A stretch of DNA of 64,000 nucleotides from Hydrolagus colliei (Eukaryota): contig CM068751.1 in assembly GCA_035084275.1 (NCBI GenBank), forward strand, positions 3,472,001 through 3,536,000, written 5' to 3'. The position numbers were made by a program, and so were the translations under genes. Shown piece by piece: positions 37,250 to 50,200 of the stretch (the first letter of the stretch is position 1; every line of letters begins with the position of its first letter). The notes under the pieces are model-generated. The model ran no database searches and was not told the origin of the DNA. It saw only the letters and a program-made list of their open reading frames with translations.

Positions 37250-37590
37250 TTAGGTGTGAGGCTGAGCCATACAGATCCAAAAGTTCCAAGGTTCATTTCC
37301 TGGTCTGTGCTGATCTCTGGCAAGTGGGGAGCTTCTTTTGACTTCAATTCCCCTGGCATTAAGGAGGGGAGAGAAAAACATTACACTTCTGTTACCTACC
37401 CAGTGATCCCTACTGGGAAGTCCATATGTGCGAAGACGAGGTGAGAACTGGATTGGTGCAGAGTAAAATAGCTTGCCAAAGCTTACTGCCTAAGCTCTCA
37501 CAGGAAAAGGATGACTTTGAGATATTGGAGGTCAGGCAGCAACTATGGAATCAGGTCCTATCAGTAGATAACCCCTTCAGCACCGAAAGA
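37250..37590 (+). mobile_element. Ancient SINE, AmnSINE2-like
   Basis: CTGAGCCATACAGA..AAGGTTCATTTCCTGGTCTGTGCTGATCTC..GGAGGGGA..CCAGTGATCCCTACTGGGAAG. Matches recalled consensus only. Confidence 0.55.
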
Positions 37591-37884
37591 CAGATAACAA
37601 ATGACCATCATAACGTGTATCACTCATCCGCTCCATGGCTATGGGGTGAATAGAGAATGTTGTGTACTTCCAGTTATAGTAAAGCAGCACACTTTGCAAA
37701 TGATCTGACAAGACTTTCTCTGCCAGTAAATGTAAAAGGCAAAAAGACCAATTCCAGACTCCACGGGATAGCAAATTTACTACAGAGCAGATCAACTGGT
37801 TTTGCATCATTTCTATTCCACTGACAGAACCTTAAGCGGGTTTCCACAGAAGCCATTAAGAAAATTGTTGAAGTGATGTTGAAA

Positions 37885-38080
37885 CGGATAGCAAGATTAG
37901 TTTGGCCCATCTGATCTCCTCCTTCCAGAATCCCCATCCTACCTACCTCCCACCACAGCATTGAGTTGCTTTTTAAATCATCCCAGGATCCTGGCTTCAA
38001 CAATGTTTCCTGGAAACTTATTTCCACCATTACCCTCTTGGTAAAAAAAAATTCTAGTTACTGTCTTGAAATTGCCCTTT
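37885..38080 (-). mobile_element. Old CR1 3' fragment
   Basis: Reverse strand reads KGNFKTVTRIFFYQ..NKFPGNIVEARIL..FKK, plus GATGGGCCAA of the UTR. Confidence 0.65.
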
Positions 38081-38084
38081 GCCA

Positions 38085-38506
38085 TTTTGACCTCAAATTC
38101 CTCACACTTGTGTTCAAATCCACTCACTCCCTGGCACTTCCTTACCTCTCCCACCTCCTCACTCCCCCAATCCACCACCCAACACCTCCACTCGGCTGGC
38201 ACCACTATCTTGCTCGTCTCTCGCACCCTCCATCCCACCATCGGATGTCACGCTTTCAGCCACTACACCCCCAAACTCTGAAACACTCACCCTCAATTCC
38301 CCTGCCTTGTCCCCTCTCTCCCCCAAGACCCACCCAAAAACCTTCCTCTATGACCTTGCTTATAGTTACCTCCCCGCCAACACCACCTCCCCCCCACCCA
38401 CCCCCACTCCCCGGCATGGAGTCAGGCACAGCCACTGCTAACCCTCTGTGATGCTACCCAGTATGGTAGGTGCTATATAATTGCAAGTTGTTGTTGATGT
38501 TGTTGT
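38085..38506 (+). mobile_element. L2 3' fragment
   Basis: Reads FDLKFLTLVFKSTHSLALPYLSHLL, with tail GCTATATAATTGCAAG(TTG)n. Confidence 0.8.
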
Positions 38507-38532
38507 AATACATCCTCTTGTTTGACTATCTT

Positions 38533-38720
38533 ATAATAATAATCTTTGCATTTGATACAGCACTTTTCGTGTCTTCTGGACGTCTCAAAGTGCGTCACAG
38601 AATATACTGTAAGATGAATTGACTGGATATTTTGTGATAAAACACATCAGCCAATTACACACAGCAGGAGTGTCCCACAAACTGTCATGGATTGAAATGA
38701 CCAATCTTATTCTTGTTTTT
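38533..38720 (-). mobile_element. SINE 3' half
   Basis: ATAATAATAATCTTTGCATTTGATAC...GTGTCCCACAAAC...GATTGAAATGACCAAT. Confidence 0.85.
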
Positions 38721-39694
38721 ATAAGCAGTAAATTAGTAAAACTATGTTTAACAGGAGGTTTAAAAAGATACGATATAGAATTTATTTAAAGTAATTTTGA
38801 TAAGATGCATCTTCACACAGGACATTACGCCACCGTGAGGATGGAAGTTATGGCTTTATATCAATATTGCCTTTTGATATAAATGACACACTGTAATCAG
38901 TGTGGTCAAAAGCTCCGGGAAAATTGGCGGCTGAGTAAAATTCATTGAACACTTAGTATTGCAAAAATAAATGTGCCAACATATCTGATGTCTTGTTGAG
39001 ACAGATATCCAACAGTAAGTAGTAAGTAAATAGCATAGAATCAAACACCCATTTCAGACGAGAAATAAAAGTAAAACTAATGTGTTTACTACATTTTGGG
39101 GAATATTTCTTTTTTTTAAATCTAAAAACGATGAATGCCGTAATGTGCAGCAAATGTAAAATCCATTTTAATTTTGTTTTTAAATGCACCAAATAGGAAA
39201 TAAAGGTCACAAATCTACAATCAATAAATATATTTAAATAAATAGCTTTGCACAACTATTACCCATTCAACACATGTTTCTGTATTAAAATGTGTGACAC
39301 GCTAAAGCCGAATGGTACATTGTTGTGCAAATTGCATATTTGCCGATGTGTCTAAAAAAAAATGAATTACCACATAGATTGGAAGAAGCACATTCCACGA
39401 TAGTATGTTAATTGCATGTGGGAATCTCAACAGCAAAGGACACGTTCTTCTCTGCACAATACTTCCTTATGAAGGTATAAAAGATCAAAAGAAAACCTCT
39501 AAAATGGATACCATGTATACAACATGGAAGCTGCACACATGTGGACAACATGGGACTTTATCTGTAGGTGTTGCAATTGAACAGGTTTGGGGTAACACTA
39601 AACCTGTGGAACTATGCTTGAACTTTACGCATTGAGAGATAATTGGCTAAGTACAAGCAGGCGGCATGTTTCTTAGCTTTTTTTTGCATTTCAG

Positions 39695-39760
39695 TTGTAT
39701 TTCGCCCACAAAATATAGTCAATTTACGCTACAGTATATACTGTAAAGTGTTTTGAGATG
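39695..39760 (+). mobile_element. Short SINE internal fragment
   Basis: TTTCGCCCACAAAATATAGTCAATT...ACAGTATATACTGT matches the family. Confidence 0.6.
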
Positions 39761-41774
39761 CTCACACAATCCTCGCTGAGTTTCCCCACAATTGATAGCA
39801 AATATTTCTGCACTTTTCTATTAGCCCACGTACCAAGTAAAGCACAATAAATGCTTTGTAGTTAAATGGAAATGGCCTCACATTGCAAGTTGAGTCAGAT
39901 ATCCATTGCAATTTATCATGGTAAGCAATACAAAATCAGTTACACATGTTATGACTTTGGTTGAGGGTGTAAAATGACCTGCTAGGATTTTTTAAGAGGA
40001 TCAATAACTAATTAAAGGAGGAATACAGATAGTACAACCTGCAGTAAAAAAAACGGAGACCATCTAATTGCTTCTTCAGGAGTATATCACCATATGAAGC
40101 TGAAGCAATATAGTCAATGATTCTTTTTGTTTTTATGCTTTAATTTTGTGTCCTAGACTGGGTTGTGAATTAAAATCACCTTCCTTAACTTTGCAAAATT
40201 CAGACCTGGCAAAATAAAATAGACAATGACACCATATGTACTTACATATGCATTTGCATACGTGAGCACATTTTTACATTAGGTCACGTGCAAAGCCAAC
40301 TGCAACTCCACAGGGGGGAAGAAAAACACTTGAAAGGAAAAGAAAAAAAACTCTAATTATCTTCAAAGAAACCCGTTACATATTCCTCATGGGACCCCGT
40401 GTCAAGGCAATTACTGATTCCCCACTGGATCCAATTCTTCACTGAATGACTGAAGGTCACCCTTTAATCTGAAAACCATCCAATCAATTGAAGTAACCGC
40501 CAGCACAAGAGAGCATTGGTCATCAAATTAAAGTACATTTAGATTTTGAGTTGTTCCAGGTTTTATGTGTTGGGGACTCATACCAGCAGCACATGCTTGA
40601 ATTTATCTGAACCACTCACACCAGATTATACACTTAGAAATGTAGACCACTGTTGCAAGAGGGCAAAATATTTGAACTAGAGTATCAAAGGTCAGAAGAG
40701 GCTTTCTAATAATTATGCTCCTGCTTTTGTGCCCACATTTGTAAAAGCAGGAAATAAATTTATTATAAAAGCTTTATAACACTGTGGTTTGATAAAGAGG
40801 GCTATAAAGCTGTCTTAAATTAGCCCCTAAATGAAACTAAATGAGAATGTGAACAAAAGTGCTTGAAGGTACGACATAGTGATGGAGTTAGACCATGAAC
40901 AGGCAAGAGAGTGGTGTAACACTTTGCTGTTCACCTTCATACCAGTCCAGGAAAGAGCTAAATTGCCTATATCAATGTCCCCAGCAAAGAGCTCTCTTAT
41001 TACACTAATCTGAAGTTGGCTTTTGCAACGCAATCTGTTATTGTGGTGCCAAGGCAAAAAGGGGTGCATTCCAACCACATCTTGTACCAAACAGAGTGCA
41101 GTTCAAAACTGTGTATTTGTGTCCTTTGGGACCTGGATAGTTACTGTCCACACTCATTAATTTAGGGCTCTTAACGGTTATCTGAGAAAAAGAGAGACCT
41201 TTATCATGTCTGGTGATAGCCAGTATCTAACCAAGAGTGCTATACAGCACTTCTCTAGTGACACCATGTATAATTAATATTCCAACCGCATAGAAACCAC
41301 TCGACTCCTAAACACTATCAGACCCCCGTGTAAAAGCTGCAGTATTCCCCTCTGTTGGCAAATCTAGGCTGTATTTCAAACTATCGGAGAAATCTTACAA
41401 TAAAGTTTACACTGCAGTCGATTAACATCAGTGTCAGCACTTAATCTCTCGGATTTGATTGACATTTCCTGAGTATTCTTTGAAGCACTTGAAAGAAAAT
41501 ATTGTAGTTGAATGCTGAATTATGTTAAACTATTTGCAATGTTCAGACTTTGAAGTACACACAAAACAAATCCAGTCACTGAAGAGTAAGGCCTTTTGTT
41601 TAACCCTCAAAAAGTGCACGGAACACATTTTATGGTGTTAACAGTGTGTAGAGCCGCAGGGAAGTTTTGTAATAATCACCATTGATTTTTCTCCTACTCT
41701 GTGGTGAGGATGTGAGGCTGGGAATGATAAACAACACAGACCTTTGAATCTTCATTTCAAATCTGGCTGCGTTT

Positions 41775-42090
41775 CAACAGCAAGAACAACAACAAGCACA
41801 AAACATTGTATTTATACAGCTTTTTCACGCAGGGTAGCATATCAGGTTGCCCGACACTGAGCCAGGGTGAGGGAGGAGATGACTGTGAGCACGGAGGAGA
41901 TAAGTATTCAGCAATGATTTGAAATAATGAATTAGTTGGATTTGGTGGCTAGTGGAGTTGAGTAGACCAGTAAAGAGGGCATTGGAATAGTTGGGGCAGG
42001 AGGTACCGAATGCTTGGATGAGGGTTTTGGCTGCATTGGATGTAAGGTACGGTCAAAGGCAATGTGACAGAGGTAGAGGAGGAAAGTTGT
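41775..42090 (-). mobile_element. Old, internally deleted L2 fragment
   Basis: (CAA)n tail remnant; AGAGGGCATTGGAATAGT reads YSNAL on the reverse strand. Confidence 0.6.
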
Positions 42091-44021
42091 CTCTGTCAGA
42101 GAAAGAAATATTCAGAAACACCAGCCTCTAGATACACACAGTACATAATTCCCTATGCTGTGCTGCATAAAAGAGGGGCTCAACCTCTGAAAGAGGAACA
42201 GTTAAAATCGTACAGGTTTCGTTTCGTGAAAGACCTCAGCAGATAAACACTGCGGCACCTAAACGGTTAAATACAGAATCACAAGAACACAAATCATTTT
42301 GGAAATAATAGGTATGACACTGTATCCCACGGCAGATAAAGGTTTGGGCTGGAGATAAGATGAAGGTCAAAGTGAAAGTCTGACAGGGCATTGGAAGATG
42401 TCTCTCGGGCGTAAGAAGGAAAACCAAAGCAGATTAGACATAATTGAATTCAGAATCTGGTCATTTTCAGAAGGATGAGCTTCAAATCAGTGCGGGGTTT
42501 GCAGTATTTTTTCACTGAGGACGATGGAAAAAATGTTTCAGGACTACAGTTCAGTGATATCAGTTATATAATACACACAAACTGCATTCTTACACAGGCC
42601 AGCAATATAACAGGCAATATCGAAGGAGGATTGATTTTTCCCATCAAGATGATCAATAGGTATTCTTTAGATCTGAAACGTAACAGCCACTTAATCATCC
42701 CTGACTTCCAGTGTTTGGGGGGGAAAACATTTTTTCCAGAGATGTTTAACATGCATTTTACAGTACTGCCTCATCGCTAATATTTTAATACTTAAATGTT
42801 AACTGACTGATAAGTAGAAAGGCTTTGTTATAAAATGAACAAGTCAGCCTGAAGATCAATGGATAAGCGTTTTGCCAACTCACTTACTACTGTATATGCC
42901 ATTGCTTCTATTGTGGCTGTGGGTGCATATACAGTCTATAAATATATAAAAAAAGAGACGCTGATCCCAGATAGCAGCATAAAATACATCCACTATCATT
43001 TTCAGCCCAAAATGCACGATTCTGAAAATTAAGTAGTGATAAATTTGGTGCCGGGACATCATTCTAAACATCGTTCTTTAGCTTTTTGACCCCCATCTCC
43101 TCACGTGCATCTCTCATTACTGACAACAAACAACAAAGGGACACATTTCATCAAAATATTGAAACACAAGATGGTGCCATCATCTCCCACAATCTTAACC
43201 TCCATCACCTTGAATAAACAACTGTCCTTCTCAAGCGCCCAATTTTTCTCAGAATGAATGGCCTTCTTATTTAACTGTACAGGGTCTGCTGCACCCGGTC
43301 ACAGGCACAAACAAAACTGACAGGCCAGAGGTAAGTGAAATCTGCACTGGAATAACTCAGCCATCCTCACACTAGACATCAGTAAAATATCTTCTTTCCA
43401 TTACGTGGCTGCATTATCAGCACTAAGATATGTACGACTGTGTATTCACATTCTTTTTAATTCAATTTAAAAATGTGTTTTTATCTTCTCCAACCTCCGC
43501 CTAATAAATCTTGAAGGCAACTTAATTTATGTTTTATCTTTCCAGTAGAAAATGGCCCACGTGGCCATTATATACACAGTTGCCTGGAACTGGAAGGTTA
43601 AAGAGTCCTGGACAGTCCTTGCACTCTCCCAACAAGTATCTAGGCACAACACATAAGGTTCCACACCAAACTCAATGAATATTATGGGAAAAAGTCAAAT
43701 GCTATAAAATAATAGGAAGAAAATGATAATAATAATCCCAGTATTTGATATAATGCCTTATCATGGCTTTGAGATGTTTTATCTATCAGGAAATTACATG
43801 CACAACAAGAGAGAGAGTGTGTAATTTTTTTAAGTTAATTAAAAGAATGGGGAAAAACAGCAATTAAAGAGTAATTATATATTGTATGAACAGGGTGTTG
43901 TTTATTTAGTATCCACGTTTTAGATATTCACAATGGTATTCTTTCACTAATGCTATCTCTACCCTTGTAGAAAAATGCAGTGAATGTATTGACAAAACAA
44001 AAGTTCAGTCTTGTACAATGG

Positions 44022-44140
44022 ATCAATCAATCAATCAAAACTTACATTTATATAGCGCCTTTCACGTTGAGAGGACGTCCTAAGGCGCTTGTACCTAGGT
44101 AGGGACAAGAGCAAGGGGGGAGGGGTCAGAGCAGGATGAA
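44022..44140 (-). mobile_element. L2 3' tail with (TTGA)n terminal repeat
   Basis: (TCAA)4 followed by CTTACATTTATATAGCGCCTTTCACGTTGAGAGGACGTCC. Confidence 0.75.
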
Positions 44141-44554
44141 GAAGAGTAGGAAAATTGACTGTATACTTGTGGGTGAAAATAACTGTAACTCAAATCAATA
44201 TTGATACTGAAACTCCAACTTTATATAAAGAGGATCATACGAAAAGAACAATGATGGATTGTGATCCATCGGCCACTTAGTTTGCTGCAGCAATCACAGG
44301 GAAGTGTTTTTTTTAAGTTAAAAACACCTGTCATTTCAAACCTTTTTCCACTCAGTTAATTTATTTTTCTTTCTAGTGGAAAATGGTTCATGGCTCACAT
44401 ATTTGAAGCAATCTCAAGACTAGCTTCAGTTACACAAAACACTGCATGTTTTCCAGATTAAGGGACTCACTTGGAAACATTTCTCACTTGGAAACATTTC
44501 CCTGATTGCTGATCAGGAGCAGAGCTCATACATCCTGCAGTACATGGGTGAAGA

Positions 44555-45020
44555 ACACATTAGAGTATACAGCACAGAAACAGGCCATTCAGGCCAACTG
44601 GTCTATATCAGTGTTTGTGTTCTACGTGAGCCTCCTCCTGCCCTTCCTCAACTAAACCTACAACCTTCTATTCCTATCTCCCTCACGTACCCATTTCGCT
44701 TCCCCTTAAATACATCTGTGCTATTTGCCTCAACAACTCCTTGTGGTAGCAAGTTCCACATTCCCACTACTCTCTGCATAAAGAATTTTCTTCTAACTTC
44801 CCCATTTGATCTATTTGTGACTATTTTACATTGATGACCATTGGTTTTGGTCTCCCCCATAAGTGGAAACATCTTCCCTATGTTTACCCTATCACAAAAC
44901 CTTTCATAATTTTAAAGATCTCTATCAGGTCGGCCCTTACCCACTCACAAGAGAAAAGAGTCCAAGCTTGTTCAGCCTTTCCTGATAGGCATAACCTCTA
45001 ATTTCTGGGATCATCCTTGT
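44555..45020 (-). mobile_element. CR1 3' end
   Basis: Reverse strand reads MFPLMGETKTNGHQCKIV..VRRKFFMQRVVGMWNLLPQGVVEANSTDVFKGK, followed by the 3'UTR. Confidence 0.92.
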
Positions 45021-46024
45021 AAGAATTGCAGGAGGGTGGGAGGTGAGGGATGGGGGAACGCAAGAGTCCAATCTTCCCGTCAAACAGATAGAAAAGGTTT
45101 AAAGTTTGCCAAACAATCCATGTGTCCTTGGATGGATCACAGCAGAGCTTGCTTCCACAGAAAGCCCAATGGGAAGCCTTCAGTGGTTTCTATGTCTCTC
45201 TAATCTGATGCATCTCTGGAGTAAGCTTTCTGATTCATTGCGTTTGGTATGTAGCATTGCGGCAGAGAGCTGCAGATTGTATGCCCCTGATTCCTTCACT
45301 CCAAGCTGTGCCACCGTGGGTAGCTAGCCGGCCGTGGCTACAAGGCATTGACATCTTATTAAATCATGGATTTTATACACGAGACAGCGAAGTAGGCTGC
45401 AAAACTACAGCATTGTGCTTGTAATCACGTCAGCAAATACTGAGGTATGTTTTTGTCAATGTTGATCTTTGAAAATAGCTGTTGGTTATACAATAAACAC
45501 GAACATATAATGAGTTTTGAGATGCATCCAACTCTATCAGAAGAAACATGAATCTTATTTTTGTGTAACATGGCATTTTTGAACACAAACAACCAAGTTT
45601 ATTCACATTTTGTGCCACTGTACACGTTGCATTTAATGAACTGAACAATTGCAACAGTTACCGAGCCGTGTGTTAAGGATATGCAATAATGTAAGAACAT
45701 TCAGAGGGTGCAATCTGAAAATGAATTTATTTTATGCAAGCGAAGACGGACTGAATCTGACCAAAAAAATGACAAAACCAGTGAGTTATAATAAAAGACA
45801 AACTGGCTACTATTGCAAACAGTTAGTTAAATATTCATACCACGGAAAATATAAAGAAAGATCCCTGGAAAACATATTTATTTTCAGTAGTAAGATAATT
45901 ATATACCCTGAGAGAAAACTGTTATGAAGTCAAAATAAGTAATGAATTCTGAGGCATCAGACATGTGAAACAGCTTCCTAATAGAGAAGCATTTAATTGG
46001 GACCTTAATCCCCTTTCAACCAAT

Positions 46025-46195
46025 GTAAGCAGCAAGCTTTCTCAGGTCAAATACAGCATGGCTAACCGCTGAGTTGAGCTCCCTCTTCTGTAGCCAAAAA
46101 TTACACCTCTGCCCCATATCTCACATCCTTTCCATTTTCCGCATCAATCTGTTTGTAATCTCTGTGTGACTGCCAGTTTAATACCATTTTGTTTT
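46025..46195 (-). mobile_element. Ancient SINE 3' fragment, LF-SINE-like
   Basis: Reverse strand reads AGAGGGAGCTCAACTC...CATGCTGTATTTGACCTGAGAAAGCTTG. Recalled consensus. Confidence 0.4.
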
Positions 46196-46607
46196 TAGAT
46201 ATCGCTCATTTGCTTTGCTTAATTTCCCACCTCCTAACACCCCGAATGCTAGGCAGCGTTAAGCTACAGAATAGATGTCTTTATTTTCTCTGGCTTTATT
46301 GTTCTCTTTAAATTGTCTACTGGTCACGTAAACCATCTGTCGTCGAGAGGTTTGGTGAATGACCTTGTCTAAGATGTCTGCAGCATTATTCTACAATCCC
46401 GTGTAGCATTCTTTGCAATGTCTCAATACAAATTAATAAGACTATATATGAGGGTTAATATTACTGTATTATTATTATTATTATTGCAGAACCCTGAGAG
46501 ATGTGAATGAGGTTCCAATGGCAATTCCTGTTTTTTTTAATCTTTTGGGGGTGTTACAGTGTTTCTTAATGAGTGGATATCATCTTGAGTTTTAAATTAT
46601 TATAAAG

Positions 46608-47260
46608 CAACAACAAAATTACATTTGTGTAGCACCTTTGATATCAGGAGGATGTCCCAAGGCTCTGGACAATCAGTGTTTCGACCTGAACTTGAGGTCG
46701 TGAACGGAGAGGGTGGAGAGCAGTGGGGGGATGGAGGGTGAACAGGGCACAGTCAAAGAGGTGGGTCTTGAGACAGGTCTTGAAGGAGGCAAGGGAAGGG
46801 GCAAGGCAGGGGACATGAAACAAATCATAGCCCAGGCTGGTTGGTGGGGGTTAGGAGGTCACAAAGGCCCTGGAGTGCTTTGAATGTGAGGACCAGGATC
46901 TTGAACTGTATCCTCCGTGTGATGGGAAGCCAGTGGAGTCAGGCAAGGTTGGGGGTGATAGGGTCACGGAGCCTGGTGCGGGAGAGGACACAGGCTGCAG
47001 GTTTCTGGTTGATCTGCGGCCTACAGAGGGAGGAATTGGGGAAGCCGACAAGCAGAGAGTTTGCGTAGTCAGGATCGGTTGTTATGAATGTGTGTATAAG
47101 GCCTGCAGTGTGAGACAGTGTCGGAGCCAAGTGAAGTTGCGGGGGAGGTGGAGGAAGGCAGAGCAGGTCATGCCATGCATGTGGGGTAGCAAGGACTCTT
47201 GAGGGTCAAACAAGATGCCAAGGATCCATACTGGCTCAGTGAGGTGGAGTGTGCGTCCTT
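46608..47260 (-). mobile_element. L2 LINE 3' portion
   Basis: Reverse strand reads LIHTFITTDPDYANSLLVGFPNSSLCRPQINQKPAACVLSRTRLRDPITPNLA, with a tail at the left end. Confidence 0.9.
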
Positions 47261-50200
47261 GTTAGAGTTTTCGTCTTAAATCCCTGTATCACGAGGAGAC
47301 CGATTTTGATCAGCTATAATAGTAATAGTCTCTCTTTCCTCGTCTCTCGCATGCATACACACACGCACGTACAGATTGTGGATTTCCATGATGGAAGCGT
47401 CTCTTCCCAAACACTATCCCTATAATCTTCCAGGCTCAGAAAACACATTTGTCCGTGTGTCCCTTGATCCACCAGAAACACTGGAATTGTGTGTGTGTGT
47501 GTGTTTTTAAACGTTTTGTAATATTGCAGGAACGGATTGAACATTTTTTTTCTCTGTCGTTGTAGAACCTCTACTGCCAGTCTTTCAATGCAAGACTATG
47601 TTCAATAGAAAGTTGATGAACAATAAATTCACCAAACCTATCGATTTCAGCATCCCTAATGTGAATAGCACTGTCTGAGAAAGATACATTTTTATTTATT
47701 TCTCTCATTGTTCTACGTTTAATACAAAGCTCACATTAGGGCTTTGTTTTACTGAAAGTTTTATCACTTAAAATCAATGAAATAGGATAGAAAGATAGGA
47801 TAGACTTAATCCAGCTTCTGCACTAAGACTGAAGCCATGTCCCTATCTGATCCAGCATCTGTTGGTGTTGGTATGTGAGTGTTTGCGACGACTGTATATG
47901 AATCTAATTCAATTTGTGCCTCACTCTATTATCTGTAATTTTTATATAAAAGTCAGAGTGAAACAGGCCATTCAGCCCATCTGTTCCACAGACATAACGT
48001 GATTTTTACAGGATTCCCTAAAAAAAAACGCAATTCTATAATTCTGTACTATAATAGAACAGTTATCTTCTGGAAAAAAAATGTAAAGATCAGAATCAAA
48101 GGTGATACGGGCGACATGTGTATCAGTGGCCTGTATATTATTTTTGGCTCCTGTACCCAGGGCCCAGGACTTTATGAAGACCCTGTACAAAAGCACAAGA
48201 CGTCAGGAACCGAGCTGCTCACCTCAGATGTGATCGCAGATCGGTACCTTGGATTTAAACACCCCCACAAAAGTAACAGGAATACCTTCTGCTCTTTCCT
48301 CCCACTCCCCCATCCCATCCCCAGACGTGGCTGTCAGCCTCCTGTGTTGCAATGCTGTATTAGCGCTGATATAATGTGCCTAATGCATCAGGCGGCAAAG
48401 GTGACAGGGTGATCTGAGCTCACTTCCACCTTCCGGATGATGTCTAATTTTGATGCGGGTCTACATTTAACCAGGCTAAGGATAACGAGACCTTGTAGAG
48501 TTATGGTGAATGAGTAGAATAATTTCTGTACTTGGATAAATATATCCAACATACAGTACAATGATAAAAAAATGTTTTTAAAAAAACACAGGCAAATAAT
48601 GATATGCTCAATAAAGAACAAACTAGGGGACAGTGATTTTAAGATAATTATTCAATCTCAGGCTTCTGATGACGTTTATAAACCATTACAGCTTTTCTCT
48701 CCAGGAACTAACTAGTTCACATCTAAATGAAGTCTAGCTGGATGCATATGCGTGGCCTGCTATGACTGCTTCATATTTGATTCTCCAACTAACAATTGTT
48801 GTAATGCAGGTGGGAACAGAAGTTTGAGTAATTACAATGCCTGCATGTTCAATATAATTGAATTACAGAGAGAAATCAGGACGAGCAAGGTTACACAAAA
48901 ACACAAGGAAAATCGGAAGTGAAGCAATAGACAAACAATGCAGGATCCTTCTGTTGATTTTAACAAACATATTGTCTTCTGTCATAGCACACAACGTACT
49001 GTTACCAAATAGCTATTAAATCCAACACAATACTAATCTGCTGCATTTGAAATGTGCTTTTGTTCTACACTGCCACATTCTCTTTCAATAAAGAACACCA
49101 ATCTCCTCTTATGAGAACCTTGCTGTGATTTGAATCGATTAAAGACAGATAGACAAGGTCCTCAAAGCTTTTGTGTGTCAAGGCACATTCCTTGTGCCTT
49201 TCCTTGTGTAAAAAAAAAACTCAACAGTTCCAAAAGGAGAATGGACAGCATCCCACAGACATGGAACGCACAGTATTGATTTAGATACGCAAGCTTCATG
49301 TTGTGGAGTTCTATATCACACTGGATGTCACTACCTCACGAATAATGTGCATTATTCTACAGAGATATTCAGTGTTGAGGTTTGTTGGCTCCCTGCTCTT
49401 TTGCTTCTTACACCTGGTTCCAATACACCCCAGTTTGCTTTGTGTTTCTTTTCTCTCTCTCTCTCAAAAGTAAGGTTCCGATGTGAAACTGTTTTTCTCA
49501 ATCCAGTTCATCCTTAGAATAGAAACATCGGTAAATTTTCCACTTAGCAGCACAAACTGGTAATGTCATTCAGAGAGGCCGGCTGTGTGGTTGGCGAGAG
49601 AAATTGAATACTTCACCACTGCGCAAGGGAGTACTGTATTCTCTACAATTAAGGTTATGGTACACTTCTGAAGCACAGTAAAGCGAGCCTCAGGTTGCAG
49701 CTAGTTGTGCTATTCTCTGTGCTTGATGCTTGATGTGTGTTTGTAGCGGAACAGTGTTCCTTTCCCTCGTGCAGTCATCCCTCACTTAGAAGGGTGCAGA
49801 GGTTCGCTGAATTAAATACCCCACTTGTGTTTCCTTGCAACCTCATTCTACACTGGAATATCAGATGTGATTCTGTAGCCAAACAATTTGCGTGTAAAGT
49901 TTCCCTAAGTGTTTTGAAAGGGGATCAGCATTCAACTCTCTGGAGAATGTTGACTGTGAAAATACTCTCCATTTATATCACTCCAGGGAAAACCTGGTGA
50001 GTAATATTTACTTACACAGGCCTCTGTTTGCAGCATAATACATGGGAACAGAAAGGACACTACAAACACCAGCACCTATATGCATGTATCATACTCTATG
50101 GCATTTATCATTCAGTGACTGATTGATCATTTACTTCTCTCCAGCAAAGTCTCAAAGAAACAAATAACGGCAATTTTTATTCAGTAAAATCCTGTCTAAT

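Noticed and set aside
37577-37597. REST/RE1 site (TTCAGCACC...GACAG)
   Set aside because: The spacing and right half-site are non-canonical, and it lies at the end of an old SINE.
42475-42780. 101-aa ORF after a TTTTCAG acceptor-like site
   Set aside because: No recognisable domain or convincing donor; its length is compatible with chance.
48161-48243. Possible exon after a pyrimidine tract (GPGLYEDPVQKHK...)
   Set aside because: The donor GTACCT is weak and I recognise no homology.
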